Source: Mobula hypostoma (Eukaryota). Taken from it: DNA of 64,000 nucleotides. Positions 62,996-64,000 of the stretch are shown here, piece by piece. The notes under the pieces were generated by a model. The model had not been told where the DNA came from. It did not search any database and saw only the letters and a program-made list of their open reading frames with translations. The stretch covers positions 120,344,001 through 120,408,000 of the forward strand of contig NC_086097.1 of NCBI RefSeq assembly GCF_963921235.1, given 5' to 3'. A program made the translations under genes and the position numbers. Position 1 is the first letter of the stretch. The number at the start of each line of letters is the position of its first letter.

Positions 62996-64000
62996 TAGCC
63001 ACATTATTGTTCAGGAGCTTGTAATGGAATATTCAGCCTTCCATCGTAACACTGGAATTCTGTATTTTGTAGTATAAGCTTCTTCATGACTGATATACAG
63101 GGCAAGATGAAAGCTGTTGAAGAGACTGCAATCAAATATCCAACTTATGACATCAGTCTGTCCATGTTAGCTATTCTCAGGAGCATTTTAGTTTGCTTTC
63201 TGTGCAGATGATCTGTTATTTCTCCCAGGAGAGCGGTAACAGAAATCACTGAGTCGCTTGGAAATCTTCACTCTCACAGTTTAAGTTCCCTGTTGCTTAA
63301 CCTTTACTCATTTTTTTCTCTTTCCTTTTTGACATGATAAATGAAACAAATACCAAAGAGTCTTCCTTTATCTCTTTGGAAAAGGCATCCTCTTGAATGC
63401 TGACAGTGATTACTCGCCCTCCCTTGAAACATACTGATGCAAGACAGGTTATTTTTTTCCCCCTGTATTTCCCTCTTTATTATCACAGCTGAATTATTCA
63501 GTAGCACCTGTGAGGACAAAAGAAAGCAAACAATGGCTTGAAAATGTTAAATTTTTATGTTGACTTTTTCACAAACATTTTGGTACGTCTCACAGAGGAA
63601 TGCTAGGTTCCAAACTGAATGCAAATAGAATCCTGACATTAAAGATGTGCCAAATCCTAATACAGCTGTACTTATAACCAATTTCACCCTTTGCTTATTT
63701 GCAATATAACTCTAATAAGAAAAAATATTGATTTTATTACAATGCAAAATCTAAATTAGTACATAATAAACATTCTTGTGTGGGGCCTTTCAATTACCAT
63801 TGTCTCATCTATAAGTACTTCATGTATACACATTAACATTTTACTTTGGAATAAAAATAATCATGTTACTCTCTGATTTTTGGGCAGTATGCACTGAAAA
63901 TGCTTTTGACAGTAATTTTAAACATAGCACTCTCTAAAACCATATCCCTGTGGTTTGAATAGCTGGGAGCAAACATACATAAACATTAAAGAATATTGCC

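Overview
A eukaryotic, repeat-dominated window with no host protein-coding gene that I can identify. The repeat set (CR1 LINEs with TTTCTATG tails, Rex1/Babar, Penelope, RTE-derived elements, V-SINE-like SINEs, Tc1 and Gypsy elements) suggests a vertebrate, probably a cartilaginous fish (inference), and an intronic or intergenic location. The only long intact ORF is a 5'-truncated CR1 ORF2 (848 aa). Main points of interest: (1) four tiny (29-146 bp) TSD-flanked insertions derived from a Penelope pseudo-LTR, one carrying a complete minimal hammerhead-ribozyme motif, with recurring end points; (2) a 4.8-kb Gmr1-type (integrase-before-RT) LTR element with both LTRs, TSD, PBS and PPT but all pol catalytic cores deleted; (3) a 5'-inverted near-full-length CR1; (4) a composite Tc1-ended element made of two hairpin mini-elements, inside a five-level nest; (5) a 28-bp all-palindromic minisatellite that grew out of a CR1 3' end; (6) a head-to-head Penelope palindrome. 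All calls were made by eye with no database search, and boundaries of old elements are approximate.
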